In this document: positions 26,930 through 36,180 of the stretch, one piece after another
Layout: the number at the start of each line of letters is the position of its first letter
Numbering within the stretch: position 1 is the first letter of the stretch
Assembly (NCBI GenBank): GCA_016206405.1
Contig: JACQRQ010000268.1
Coordinates: 1 to 36,310, forward strand
Source: Elusimicrobiota bacterium
GTDB lineage: Bacteria; Elusimicrobiota; Elusimicrobia; O2-12-FULL-59-9
Direction of reading: 5' to 3'
Length of the DNA stretch: 36,310 nucleotides
Notes under the pieces: model-generated
Told to the model about the DNA's origin: nothing
Databases searched by the model: none
The model's input: only the letters and a program-made list of their open reading frames with translations
Made by a program: the position numbers and the translations under genes

Positions 26930-27519
26930 AACAGGGATAAAATTTTAACGAAGTCGGCGCCCAAAACCGGATCGCCGCCTATGCCGACCACCGTGGACTG
27001 CCCAAGCCCGTGCCGGGTCAATTGCCAGACGGCCTCATAAGTGAGAGTCCCGGAGCGCGAAACGATGCCCACGGAACCGGGCTTGTGTATGTATCCCGGC
27101 ATGATGCCCACCTTGGCCTGTCCGGGGCTGATGACGCCCGGGCAGTTGGGCCCGATGAGCGTCGTCTCCGGCCGACGCCCCGCCAATAAACGCTTGACTC
27201 TGGCCATGTCCCTGACCGGGATGCCTTCGGTGATGCACACAATCAGCCTGACGCCGGCGTCGGCCGCTTCCAGCACCGCATCGGCGGCGAACGGGGGCGG
27301 GACAAAAATCAGGGACGTATCGGCTCCCGTCCGCCGGACCGCCTCGGCGGCCGTGTTAAAGATGGGCACTCCAAAAATAAGCCCGCCGCCTTTCCCGGGA
27401 GTGACCCCCGCCACCACTTTGGTGCCGTAGGCGGCGCATTGCTCGGCATGAAATTTGCCGGCGGAACCGGTGATCCCCTGGACCAGAACCTTCGATTTGT
27501 TATTGACTAAAATGGACAT
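26635..27519 (-). CDS. sucD: Succinyl-CoA synthetase alpha subunit
   Basis: [30 protein letters not shown] and RMGHAGAII. Confidence 0.97.
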   Translation of the reverse strand: MSILVNNKSKVLVQGITGSAGKFHAEQCAAYGTKVVAGVTPGKGGGLIFGVPIFNTAAEAVRRTGADTSLIFVPPPFAADAVLEAADAGVRLIVCITEGIPVRDMARVKRLLAGRRPETTLIGPNCPGVISPGQAKVGIMPGYIHKPGSVGIVSRSGTLTYEAVWQLTRHGLGQSTVVGIGGDPVLGADFVKILSLFQDDAGTDAVLIIGEIGGSAEEEAAAFFKAHMSKPVCAFIAGRTAPAGRRMGHAGAIIEGGSGTWAAKAEALRGAGIPVIESPADIGAMMSKRLSVAS

Positions 27520-27524
27520 GATAT

Positions 27525-27580
27525 TGAAAGTGGTAGAGTGGTAGAGTGGTAGAGTGATCGGGTGATCAAGTAATCGAGTG
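27525..27580 (-). repeat. Octamer tandem array, copy 5 (reverse orientation)
   Basis: tgaaagtg-gtagagtg-gtagagtg-gtagagtg-atcgggtg-atcaagta-atcgagtg on the + strand. Confidence 0.9.
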
Positions 27581-27622
27581 AACGATGGGTTGACGTTGGG
27601 TTTTGAGTTCCGCTGAATCCAA

Positions 27623-28810
27623 TCACTTTACCACCTTTACCACTTTACCACTATCTTTCCGGGCGGCTTTCACCGCTTTCTGAGCCGCATCTTCAAGGTC
27701 GGCGGCCTGCGTCAAGGGCAGCCCGGATTGCGCTAAAAGCTTGCGCCCTTCCTCGACCCGCGTTCCCTCCAGGCGCACGATCAGGGGAACATCGAGCCGC
27801 ACGTGTTCCAATGCCTTCAAAATCCCCTCGGCGATGACGTCGCACTTCATGATGCCGCCGAAAATGTTGACCAAGACAGCCTCCACCTTGGGATCCTTCA
27901 GCAAAATCTCGAAGGCCTCGCGGACTTGTCCGACATTGGCGCCGCCGCCCACGTCCAAAAAATTGGCCGGTTCTCCGCCCGCCAGCTTGACGATATCCAT
28001 GGTCCCCATGGCCAAGCCGGCCCCGTTGACCATGCAGCCGATGTTGCCGTCCAAGCTGATGTAGGAAATTCCCGCTTTCTTGGCCGCGCGCTCCAAATCG
28101 GTCGCGTCGAGGTCCTCCCGGACCGAGGGATGTCGAAAAAGGCCGTTGTCATCGAGGGCCACTTTGGCGTCCAGAGCGATCCATCGGAAATCCGGGGTTG
28201 TCGCCAGCGGATTGATTTCTACCAGGCTCGCGTCCTGCTCGAGAAAAAGCCTGGCCAGGGAAACGGCGATGGCGCAAAATCCGGAGACGAGCTCCGGGGC
28301 GAGCTCGAGGCCGAAGGCCAGGCGGCGCGCCTGAAACGCCTCCAGGCCGCCCCCGGGGTCCAAGGGCTCGGTCAAAATAGCCTGCGGTTTGTCCCGGGCG
28401 ACGTTTTCAATTTCCATGCCGCCCTCCTTGGACGCGATCATCAGCGGACAGCCCCGCTTGCGGTCCATGACCACCGACAGGTAATATTCTTTGTCGATCT
28501 TCACGGCGGCTTCGGCCAAAATCTGATTAACGACGACGCCCCGGCCCGCCGTCTGGTGGGTCGTCAGAGACATGCCGATCATCTTCTGCGCCAAAGCGCC
28601 GGCCTCTTCCGCCGTGCGCGCCGTTTGAATGCCGCCCGCTTTCCCGCGGCCCCCGGCAAAAACCTGCGCCTTGAGCACCCACGGCCCGGCGCCTGCTTTC
28701 TTGATCGCCACGGCCGCCTCCGGCGCCGAAGAAAATACGCCGGCCGACAAGGGAACGGGCACTCCGTATTCCTTTAATAGGCGTTTGGATTCAAATTCCA
28801 GAAGCTTCAT
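27623..28810 (-). CDS. sucC: Succinyl-CoA synthetase beta subunit
   Basis: [41 protein letters not shown] and [10 protein letters not shown]. Confidence 0.97.
   Translation of the reverse strand: MKLLEFESKRLLKEYGVPVPLSAGVFSSAPEAAVAIKKAGAGPWVLKAQVFAGGRGKAGGIQTARTAEEAGALAQKMIGMSLTTHQTAGRGVVVNQILAEAAVKIDKEYYLSVVMDRKRGCPLMIASKEGGMEIENVARDKPQAILTEPLDPGGGLEAFQARRLAFGLELAPELVSGFCAIAVSLARLFLEQDASLVEINPLATTPDFRWIALDAKVALDDNGLFRHPSVREDLDATDLERAAKKAGISYISLDGNIGCMVNGAGLAMGTMDIVKLAGGEPANFLDVGGGANVGQVREAFEILLKDPKVEAVLVNIFGGIMKCDVIAEGILKALEHVRLDVPLIVRLEGTRVEEGRKLLAQSGLPLTQAADLEDAAQKAVKAARKDSGKVVKVVK
27624..27653 (+). repeat. Octamer tandem array, copy 6, encoding the SucC C-terminus
   Basis: cactttac-cacctttac-cactttac-cacta; the minus strand reads SGKVVKVVK up to the stop. 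Confidence 0.85.
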
Positions 28811-29982
28811 ATCTTGGAGCGGTCCCCCCGCCTTTTTTCGACCCGCTCATAGGAGCGCGGCTCCGGGCCGACATATTCCGCGTTGGGCCGGAATAGACGG
28901 TTTTCTTGCCAATATTCCAGCACATGCGCCGTCCAGCCGGCGACGCGGGCGATGGCAAAAATGGGCGTAAACAAATCCGGGGGGATTCCCAGGGCCTGGT
29001 ACACCAGGCCGGAGTAGAGGTCGACGTTGGCGTAAATGCCTTTGGAACCGACCTGCGCCTGCATGACCTCTTCCAGCCGCACGTTGATATTAAATAGCCG
29101 TTCGCTGTCGGTGCCCGCGACCACGTTGCGCGCGTATTCCTTAAAAACCCTGGCCCGCGGATCGACCGTCTTGTAAATCCTGTGGCCAAAGCCCATAATC
29201 CTGTATTTTTTCGAGCGGAAAGACTCGCGCACATAGGCCTCCACTTTGGAGGCGTCGCCGATGGCGTCGATCATCTTGAGAACCTCTTCGTTGGCCCCGC
29301 CGTGCAGGGGCCCCTTCAGAGTTCCTATGCCGCTGACGACGGCGGAATACAGATCCGAAAGAGTGGAGGCCGTCACCAGCGAAGAGAATGTGGAGGCGTT
29401 CATCTCGTGGTCGGCATGCAGGATCAAGGCCACATCCATGAGCCTGGCCTCGTCTTTGGTCGGCTGCCTGCCGGAAAGCATATACAGAAAATTTGCCGCG
29501 TGGTCCAAGGAAGGATGGGGAGCGACGGCGTTTTGGCCGCGCCTGAGCCGGTGGAAAGCGGCCATCATGGTCGGAAATTGCGCGGTCATGCGGACGGCGC
29601 GCTCTTCGTTGGCCGCGACGCCGTTATCCGGGTTTTTATCCAGGTTGCCTAAGAGCGAGGCGAGCGTGCGCAAAACGCCCATCGGAGCCGCGTCTTTGGG
29701 CAGCCGCTCGATGTGGGGCGCCAACTCCTCGGGAAGAGCGCGGCATTCGAGAAACCGCTTCTTGAGCGCTTTGAGCTCCGGGGCCGTCGGGAATCTCCGC
29801 CGCCATAAGAGAAAACACACCTCCTCGAAGGAGGAGTGTTGCGTCAATTCCTCGATGGAATAACCCAGGTAGTACAGCCGCCCTTGCTGCCCATCAATGG
29901 AGCACAGCCCCGATCGGGCCGCCGTAACTCCCTCCAGGCCCGCGGAAAAACCGGGTTTTGCGGCAAGTTTTGTGGCGCCCAT
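28807..29982 (-). CDS. gltA: Citrate synthase (short type; 2-methylcitrate synthase not excluded)
   Basis: GLEGV, LHADHEMNAST, GPLHGGAN, MGFGHRIYK.DPR and NVDLYSG. Confidence 0.9.
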   Translation of the reverse strand: MGATKLAAKPGFSAGLEGVTAARSGLCSIDGQQGRLYYLGYSIEELTQHSSFEEVCFLLWRRRFPTAPELKALKKRFLECRALPEELAPHIERLPKDAAPMGVLRTLASLLGNLDKNPDNGVAANEERAVRMTAQFPTMMAAFHRLRRGQNAVAPHPSLDHAANFLYMLSGRQPTKDEARLMDVALILHADHEMNASTFSSLVTASTLSDLYSAVVSGIGTLKGPLHGGANEEVLKMIDAIGDASKVEAYVRESFRSKKYRIMGFGHRIYKTVDPRARVFKEYARNVVAGTDSERLFNINVRLEEVMQAQVGSKGIYANVDLYSGLVYQALGIPPDLFTPIFAIARVAGWTAHVLEYWQENRLFRPNAEYVGPEPRSYERVEKRRGDRSKI

Positions 29983-30032
29983 ACGCGTTGTTCCCCCTGA
30001 TGCTGCGGCCGGCGGACTGGATTGATGAACTT

Positions 30033-30060
30033 AGTATATATATTTTAGGAAAAATGTAAA
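30033..30060 (-). promoter_or_regulatory. Putative promoter for gltA-sucCD
   Basis: Minus strand TTTACA-16 nt-TATACT in an AT-rich divergent intergenic region. Confidence 0.45.
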
Positions 30061-30109
30061 ATATAGGCGCGGTGGCCCGGTCCGCTTCAAGGCGCGCCAG
30101 CGCAATTGC

Positions 30110-31609
30110 ATGCCCATCGCCCTCAGCATTCTCGGCGCCGCCGTCTGCGTCCTATTAAACGCCTTCTTTGTCTTGGCGGAGTTCGCCATCATCAAAGTGC
30201 GCGTCACCCGCATCGAGCAGTTGGCCCAGAGGGGCGTGCGCCGCGCCCAAGTGACGCGGGAAATCGTCCGGCAGACGGAAGCCTACCTCTCGGCCACGCA
30301 GATCGGCATCACGATCGCGAGCCTGGGGCTGGGCTGGCTCGGAGAGCCGGCCTTCGCCGTTATTTTCGCCCCTATTTTCGTCAAGCTCAACCTGGCTTCC
30401 GGCGCGGCGGCGCAAACCGCGGGCTTCGCGGCCGCTTTCGTGTGGATCACTCTGCTGCACGTCATTTTGGGCGAGCTGGTTCCCAAATCCATCGCGATCC
30501 GCAGAGCCGAAGCCTCGGCCCTCCTCGTTTCCGGGCCGATGCGCCTGTTTTACACTATAGCCTCCCCTTTCATCAACTTGTTTAACACCCTCGCCGAGGG
30601 GGTGCTGTTCCTGCTGGGTATAGCCCCCTTAAAACACCTGGACTTGGCCCACTCGGAGGAAGAGCTCCGAATTATTTTGGCCGCCTCTCAGGACGTGGGC
30701 TCCATCCCTCCCCAAAGGATATTCTTTTTCGAAAATGCCCTGGCGCTGGCCAAAAAGCACACGCGCCATATCATGACTCCCCGGGAAAAAGTCGTCTTCC
30801 TGTCCGTGCAGCAGGACTGGCCGCAAAACCTGGAGCTTATCCAAGCCACGCGCCATACGCGCTATCCCCTGTGCGACGGCGGCATCGACCAAACTCTGGG
30901 CATGATCCACGTGAAGGATTTATGCCACCAGGTGTCTTCCTCGCCCGATCTTTTGCGCCTTAAGCGCCAAATCCTCAAGGTGCCGGCGAGTTTCCCCGCG
31001 GAGCATCTGTTGGGCGAATTCCAGCGGCAGAAAACGCACATGGCCATGGTCACCGAGGACGACGGCCGCGTCGCCGGCATGGTCACGCTTGAAAACGTCC
31101 TAGAGCAGCTCGTCGGCAATATCGAGGATGAATTCGACCGGCCGAGGCCCATCGATCTCGGCCGGCTTTTTCATGAGGGAGTGGTCGTTCTGGATTTGAA
31201 GGCGGAAACGAAAAAGGAAGCCATCGCGGCCCTGGTGCATGCGCTGTGCAAGGCCAAAGGGCTTCAAAACGAACACCAGATTTTTTCTTCGGTTTGGGGC
31301 CGGGAAATCAGTTTTTCAACGGGCATCGGAAACTCGGTCGCCCTGCCGCACAGCGCGATCGCGGGTCTCACAAAATTCATGCTCGCTTTCGGCCTGTCAA
31401 GAAACGGCATAGACTTTCAGGCGCCGGACAAGCAGAAGACCCATCTCATTTTCATGATATTGTCTCCCATGGAACAGGCGGGGGACTACCTGCAGCTGCT
31501 GGCCAAGCTCAGCCGCCTGATTCGCAATTCAACCATCCGCGAACAAATAATGACCACGACCCGCAAGGAAACCCTGCTGGACCTTTTCGACGCCTTGGAT
31601 AAATTCTAG
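30110..31609 (+). CDS. CNNM/CorB (hemolysin-family) transporter with CBS pair and C-terminal PTS EIIA domain
   Basis: NAFFVLAEFA, QIGITIASLGLGWLGEP, GELVPKS, IMTPR, HTRYPL and G.IEDEFD, followed by RE..STGIGNSVALPH, GIDF.APD and LQLLAKLSRL (EIIA Ntr/Fru type). Confidence 0.88.
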   Translation: MPIALSILGAAVCVLLNAFFVLAEFAIIKVRVTRIEQLAQRGVRRAQVTREIVRQTEAYLSATQIGITIASLGLGWLGEPAFAVIFAPIFVKLNLASGAAAQTAGFAAAFVWITLLHVILGELVPKSIAIRRAEASALLVSGPMRLFYTIASPFINLFNTLAEGVLFLLGIAPLKHLDLAHSEEELRIILAASQDVGSIPPQRIFFFENALALAKKHTRHIMTPREKVVFLSVQQDWPQNLELIQATRHTRYPLCDGGIDQTLGMIHVKDLCHQVSSSPDLLRLKRQILKVPASFPAEHLLGEFQRQKTHMAMVTEDDGRVAGMVTLENVLEQLVGNIEDEFDRPRPIDLGRLFHEGVVVLDLKAETKKEAIAALVHALCKAKGLQNEHQIFSSVWGREISFSTGIGNSVALPHSAIAGLTKFMLAFGLSRNGIDFQAPDKQKTHLIFMILSPMEQAGDYLQLLAKLSRLIRNSTIREQIMTTTRKETLLDLFDALDKF

Positions 31610-31623
31610 AGGGAAAAGCGGAC

Positions 31624-33696
31624 CTACCTCAAAAACGGCAGCGCGCCGATGAGGAGCGCGTGCAGCCTTTCGAGTCCGACGCCGAAAACCAGCGCCACCA
31701 CGGTCATCAGCTTGAGCAGGATGTTTAAAGACGGGCCGGCGGTATCCTTGAGCGGGTCGCCGATGGTGTCGCCGATCACGGCGGCCTTGTGCACGGCCGA
31801 GCCCTTGCCGCCCAGGTTCCCCTCCTCCACGTACTTCTTGGCGTTGTCCCACGCTCCGCCCGCGTTGGCGAAGAAGATGGCCAAGGGCACGCCCGTGACG
31901 ATAGAACCCACCAAAAATCCGCCGAGACACTCCTTGCCCATGAGCGCGCCGACAAGGATGGGCACGACCACGGCCATGACGCCGGGCGCGATCATCTCCT
32001 TGAGGGCCCCGCGCGTCGTGATGTCCACGCACTTGGCCGAGTCCGGCATCACCTTGCCTTCCATGAGGCCGGGAATTTCCTTGAATTGGCGGCGCACCTC
32101 TTCCACGATGCTGAAGGCGGCTCGGCCCACGGCCTGCATGGTCATGGCCGAGAACGCGAAGGGTATCATGCCGCCGATGAAAAGACCCGCCACCACCTTG
32201 GGATCCAACGCGTCTATTTTAGCGAGGTTCACCAACTGGCCGTAGGCCACGAACAAAGCCAGGGCCGTCAACGCCGCGGAACCGATGGCAAATCCCTTGC
32301 CGATGGCCGCGGTCGTGTTGCCGATCGCGTCCAGGGTCTCGGCGCGGCGGCGCGCCTCCGGCCCGAGCTTCGACATCTCCGCGATGCCGGCCGCGTTGTC
32401 CGCGATGGGACCATAGGCGTCGACGGCCACCGTCATGCCGGTCAAAGCCAGCATGCCCACGGCGGAGAGCCCTATTCCGAAAATGCCCGCAAATCTGTAG
32501 GCCACGATCGTGGCGATGCTGATGCCCACCAAGGGAACCACCGTGGACTTCATGGCGACGGCCAATCCCTGGATGATGGCGGTGGCCGGGCCGGTCTTGG
32601 CGGATTCCGCGATGCCCTTCACGGCATCCCCCGAGGTGTAAACCTGCGCGATGAAGCCGATGAGCAGCCCGGAAAGCAGGCCCGACATCACGGCCCAGAA
32701 CACCCGGTAGTCGCCGTACCAACGACCGCACAAAGCCAAGGCTCCGAACGCGAAAAGGATGGCACTGACGATCATGCCGCGGTTTAAAGCGGCCTGAGGC
32801 GAGCCGCCCTCCTTGGTGCGCACAAAAAAGACGCCCACGACGGTGGCCAATATCCCCCACGCGGCCAATAGGAAAGTCAGCATCACGCCCTTGAGGTCGA
32901 TCAATGGATTGGGCGCGGCCGCAATCACCATGGCCGATAAGATGGCGCCTATATAGGACTCGTAGAGATCCGCGCCCATGCCCGCCACGTCGCCCACGTT
33001 GTCGCCCACGTTGTCGGCGATGACCGCGGGATTGCGCGGGTCGTCCTCCGGAATTCCCGCCTCCACCTTGCCCACCAAATCCGCGCCCACGTCCGCCGCC
33101 TTCGTGTAGATGCCGCCGCCGCAGCGGGCGAACAGAGCCACGGAGCTCGCACCCATCGAAAAGCCGGCGACAAGGTTGGTGGCCGCTATCAGGCTATCGG
33201 CGATGGGCATGAGCCCGTACTTATGCAGGTAGGCGGTGATGATAAAATACGCCAAAGAGAAGCCGCCCAGCCCGATGCCGACCACGGAGATGCCCATGAC
33301 CGCTCCGCCTGGAAAGGCGATGGCGATGGCGTCGTTGTAGGACTTGGAGGCCGCCCAGGCCGTGCGCGTGTTGGCCCGCGTCGCGATCTCCATGCCGATG
33401 TAGCCGGCCGTCAGGGAGCAAACCGCGCCGAATACGAACGCGACGGCGGTGATTTTGGCGACGGCAAAAGCCAGCACAAAGAACATGACGGCCACGAAAA
33501 CTCCGATGGCGGTGTATTCCCTCTTCAAGAAGGCCATGGCGCCCTGGTGGATGGACTCGGAGATCTTCTGCATCAATGCGGTGCCCGGGTCCTTCTCCAA
33601 AATGGTCTTGGCCAAATAGGCGACGAAGAAAAGGCCCAGTATGCCCGTCGCAAACGCGACGAGCACGGATGTCATGTCTGCCAGCAGTAGGGTCAT
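31624..33696 (-). CDS. hppA: Membrane-integral cation-translocating pyrophosphatase, K+-dependent type (probably Na+-pumping)
   Basis: GGIYTKAADVGADLVGKVE, EDDPRNP, DNVGDNVGD and GDTIGDPLKDT. GNTTAAIGKG has Ala at the K+-dependence site. ADLYES places Glu as in Na+-PPases. AAGGAG RBS. Confidence 0.93.
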   Translation of the reverse strand: MTLLLADMTSVLVAFATGILGLFFVAYLAKTILEKDPGTALMQKISESIHQGAMAFLKREYTAIGVFVAVMFFVLAFAVAKITAVAFVFGAVCSLTAGYIGMEIATRANTRTAWAASKSYNDAIAIAFPGGAVMGISVVGIGLGGFSLAYFIITAYLHKYGLMPIADSLIAATNLVAGFSMGASSVALFARCGGGIYTKAADVGADLVGKVEAGIPEDDPRNPAVIADNVGDNVGDVAGMGADLYESYIGAILSAMVIAAAPNPLIDLKGVMLTFLLAAWGILATVVGVFFVRTKEGGSPQAALNRGMIVSAILFAFGALALCGRWYGDYRVFWAVMSGLLSGLLIGFIAQVYTSGDAVKGIAESAKTGPATAIIQGLAVAMKSTVVPLVGISIATIVAYRFAGIFGIGLSAVGMLALTGMTVAVDAYGPIADNAAGIAEMSKLGPEARRRAETLDAIGNTTAAIGKGFAIGSAALTALALFVAYGQLVNLAKIDALDPKVVAGLFIGGMIPFAFSAMTMQAVGRAAFSIVEEVRRQFKEIPGLMEGKVMPDSAKCVDITTRGALKEMIAPGVMAVVVPILVGALMGKECLGGFLVGSIVTGVPLAIFFANAGGAWDNAKKYVEEGNLGGKGSAVHKAAVIGDTIGDPLKDTAGPSLNILLKLMTVVALVFGVGLERLHALLIGALPFLR

Positions 33697-33741
33697 GGAA
33701 CGATCTCCTTGGCGAGTTCGGCCGAGGCGGCTGCCCCCGGC

Positions 33742-34425
33742 TCAGATTTTTTGATTGGGATTGACGGAAACGCCGGGCCCCATGGTGGCGGCCAGAGTGA
33801 CGCTTTTAAGATACACGCCTTTGGAAGAGGCCGGCTTTGCGCGCAGGATCGCTTGCCAAATCGTTTGGGCATTGGCGACCAATTTGTCCTCGGAAAACGA
33901 CGCCTTGCCTATCGGCACGTGCACGATGCCGTAGCTGTCGGCTTTGTACTCGGCACGTCCGGACTTAAGCTCCTTGACGGTCCGGGCGATGTCGAAGGTG
34001 ACCGTCCCGCTCTTGGGATTGGGCATCAGGCCCCGCGGCCCCAAAATCTTGGCCAGGCGCGTGATGTCCTTCATCACGTCCGGAGTGGCCACCAGCACGT
34101 CGAAATCAAAAATACCCTTGTTGACTTTCTCGACGATGGCTTCCATGCCGACTTGGTCGGCGCCTGCCTCGACCGCTTCCCTCTCTTTATCGCCCTTGGC
34201 CAGGACCGCCACCTTTTTGCTTTTGCCGGTCCCGTGGGGCATCAACACTACGCCGCGGACCTGCTGGTCCGATTGCTTAACATCGATGCCGAGCCGTAGG
34301 TGCATTTCAACCGTCTCGTCAAATTTCGCGGATTTTGTTTTTTTGACCTGCGCCACCGCCTCTTCGAGGCTGTAGAGCTTGTCTTTCTCCAAAGTTTTCA
34401 CCAGGCCTTCCATTCTCTTGCCCAT
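33742..34425 (-). CDS. rplA: 50S ribosomal protein L1
   Basis: KFDETVE, PHGTGK, LGPRGLMPNPKSGTVT and TMGPG. Confidence 0.98.
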   Translation of the reverse strand: MGKRMEGLVKTLEKDKLYSLEEAVAQVKKTKSAKFDETVEMHLRLGIDVKQSDQQVRGVVLMPHGTGKSKKVAVLAKGDKEREAVEAGADQVGMEAIVEKVNKGIFDFDVLVATPDVMKDITRLAKILGPRGLMPNPKSGTVTFDIARTVKELKSGRAEYKADSYGIVHVPIGKASFSEDKLVANAQTIWQAILRAKPASSKGVYLKSVTLAATMGPGVSVNPNQKI

Positions 34426-34426
34426 T

Positions 34427-34852
34427 TCATTCCACCTCGATGCCCATGCTGCGCGCCGTCCCGCGGACCATCTGCATGGCCGGCTCCAGCGCGTCGGTAT
34501 TTAAATCGGGCATTTTCTTGCGGGCGACCTCCTCGAGCTGGACCCGGGTGATTTTGCCCACTTTATTGCGGTTGGGCTCGCCCGAGGCCTTGGCCAATCC
34601 GGCCGCGCGCTTAAGCAGCGCCGAAACGGGGGGCATTTTCGTGATGAAAATGAAGGAACGGTCCTCATACACCGTAATGACGACCGGAATCGTCATGCCC
34701 GCTTCCATGCTTTTGGTGCGCTCGTTGAATTGCTTGCAAAACTCCATGATGTTGACCCCGTGCTGGCCCAAGGCCGGGCCGACCGGAGGCGCCGGGTTCG
34801 CCGCGCCGGCTGGAATTTGAAGTTTTATCTGCGTCTTTATCTTTTTCGCCAT
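34427..34852 (-). CDS. rplK: 50S ribosomal protein L11
   Basis: [26 protein letters not shown] and GTARSMG. Confidence 0.98.
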   Translation of the reverse strand: MAKKIKTQIKLQIPAGAANPAPPVGPALGQHGVNIMEFCKQFNERTKSMEAGMTIPVVITVYEDRSFIFITKMPPVSALLKRAAGLAKASGEPNRNKVGKITRVQLEEVARKKMPDLNTDALEPAMQMVRGTARSMGIEVE

Positions 34853-34883
34853 AATTACGCTCCGTCCGAATTTAAATGCTCCG

Positions 34884-35486
34884 TCAAAGTTTTTCCACCT
34901 GCAGGTAATCCAACTCCACCGGCGTCGGCCGGCCGAAGATGGTCACCATGGCCTTGAGTTTGGCCTTTTCGTCGTTGCACTCTTCCACCACGCCGATAAA
35001 GTGCCGGAATGGGCCGTCGGAAATCCGCACGTTTTCGCCCTTCTCAAATTGGACGGCCGGCTTGGGCTTGGCCTCGCTGGAAATTCGCGTCAGGTCCAGG
35101 ATGCCCTTGACCTCGCTTTCCGGAAGCGCGGTCGGCTTGGGCTCTCCCAAAAAGCCGGTCACGCCGGGAACTCCTTTCACGAACCAATACGTCTCGTTGT
35201 CGACCACCATCTCGACCATGACGTAGCCCGGGAAAAATTTTCGCTTGCGAACCACCTTCTTGCTGCGGACCACCTCCACCACTTCCTCGGTCGGGATCAG
35301 GAGGCTGAAAATCTTATGCGCGAGACCCAGGGACTGAATCTTCTCCTCCAGTATCCTTTTGACCTTGTCCTCAAAACCGGACTGCGTGTGAATAATGTAC
35401 CAGCCTTTGTTCATTGGGGTTGGCTCCTGCCGTTTAGGGTCTGCGTAAATCCCCGGTGTTTCAGTTTCGGCGGCTTGCTCGTTCAT
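34884..35486 (-). CDS. nusG: Transcription termination/antitermination factor NusG
   Basis: [24 protein letters not shown] motif GPF..F.G and [10 protein letters not shown]. Start may be the later Met (MNKGWY). Confidence 0.96.
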   Translation of the reverse strand: MNEQAAETETPGIYADPKRQEPTPMNKGWYIIHTQSGFEDKVKRILEEKIQSLGLAHKIFSLLIPTEEVVEVVRSKKVVRKRKFFPGYVMVEMVVDNETYWFVKGVPGVTGFLGEPKPTALPESEVKGILDLTRISSEAKPKPAVQFEKGENVRISDGPFRHFIGVVEECNDEKAKLKAMVTIFGRPTPVELDYLQVEKL

Positions 35487-35508
35487 TGAGTCCGGCTCCC
35501 GGTCCCCG

Positions 35509-35703
35509 TCATTTACCCAACAGGGAACCCATAAAAATGGATAGAAGAAAATCCACGGCGCTCACAAAAAGCGACAGGACGACGACCAAAACGATGACCA
35601 CCGTCGTAGAGCCGAGCATCTGCTGCCGGCTCAGCCATGTGACTTTCCGGAGCTCGGAGACCACTTCCTTAAAAAATTGGCCGGTTATCGCAAGGGGATT
35701 CAT
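35509..35703 (-). CDS. secE: Preprotein translocase subunit SecE
   Basis: FFKEVVSELRKVTW plus a single TM helix; lies between tRNA-Trp and nusG. Confidence 0.93.
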   Translation of the reverse strand: MNPLAITGQFFKEVVSELRKVTWLSRQQMLGSTTVVIVLVVVLSLFVSAVDFLLSIFMGSLLGK

Positions 35704-35755
35704 AGAATTAAGCGCCCCCTCTCCGGGCGCGGACTTCGCCGCGACGCTGAGCCTG

Positions 35756-35827
35756 CGGGAGCGGAGGGACTCGAACCCTCAGTCCTGGTTTTGGAGACCA
35801 GTAGTTTAGCCATTAACCGACGCTCCC
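35756..35827 (-). tRNA. tRNA-Trp(CCA), 3' CCA not encoded
   Basis: Minus strand GGGAGCG-TC-GGTT-AATGGCTA-AACT-A-CTGGT-CTCCAAA-ACCAG-GACT-GAGGG-TTCGAGT-CCCTC-CGCTCCC-G folds as a cloverleaf with CCA anticodon; canonical rpmG-trnW-secE position. Confidence 0.96.
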
Positions 35828-35867
35828 CGAAACCTCGGAGCCACCGCCGCGACCGCGCTCTAGGGGC

Positions 35868-35900
35868 AAAAAACGGCCCGCCGGAACGCCGCGGGGCCGT
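35868..35900 (-). terminator. Putative intrinsic terminator between rpmG and tRNA-Trp
   Basis: Minus strand ACGGCCC...GGGCCGT stem running into a T6 tract. Confidence 0.5.
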
Positions 35901-35920
35901 CCCAACGACAGGGTTGGCGT

Positions 35921-35929
35921 ATTATAGCA
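35921..35929 (-). promoter_or_regulatory. Extended -10 element downstream of rpmG
   Basis: Minus strand TGcTATAAT. Confidence 0.5.
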
Positions 35930-35941
35930 AATCCGGGCCGC

Positions 35942-36094
35942 TCACTTCACCTCTTTGTGCAGCGTGTGCTTGCCGCAATGGCCGCAAAACTTTTTCAGCT
36001 CCAGCTTGAATGTTTTCTTTCGGCCTCGGGCAAAATGATAGTTTCTGTTCTTGCAAGAGGTGCAGCCCAAAGTTATGATTACGCGATCAGCCAT
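35942..36094 (-). CDS. rpmG: 50S ribosomal protein L33 (Zn-ribbon form)
   Basis: Manual translation MADRVIITLGCTSCKNRNYHFARGRKKTFKLELKKFCGHCGKHTLHKEVK (50 aa, below the ORF track cutoff). Confidence 0.96.
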   Translation of the reverse strand: MADRVIITLGCTSCKNRNYHFARGRKKTFKLELKKFCGHCGKHTLHKEVK

Positions 36095-36131
36095 TTATGA
36101 GATCCGCCTTGAAGTTTTCCACCATCTATCG

Positions 36132-36180
36132 GTCCACCAGTGGTAGAGTGGTCCAGTGGTAAAGTGATCAAAGCGATCAC
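36132..36180 (-). repeat. Octamer tandem array, copy 7 (reverse orientation), between tuf and rpmG
   Basis: gtccaccagtg-gtagagtg-gtccagtg-gtaaagtg-atcaaagcg-atcac on the + strand; 36132-36152 is the exact reverse complement of 18515-18535. Confidence 0.85.

Noticed and set aside
35700-35830. tRNA-Trp as an integration site
   Set aside because: No duplicated tRNA 3' end or integrase found; it sits in its canonical context.
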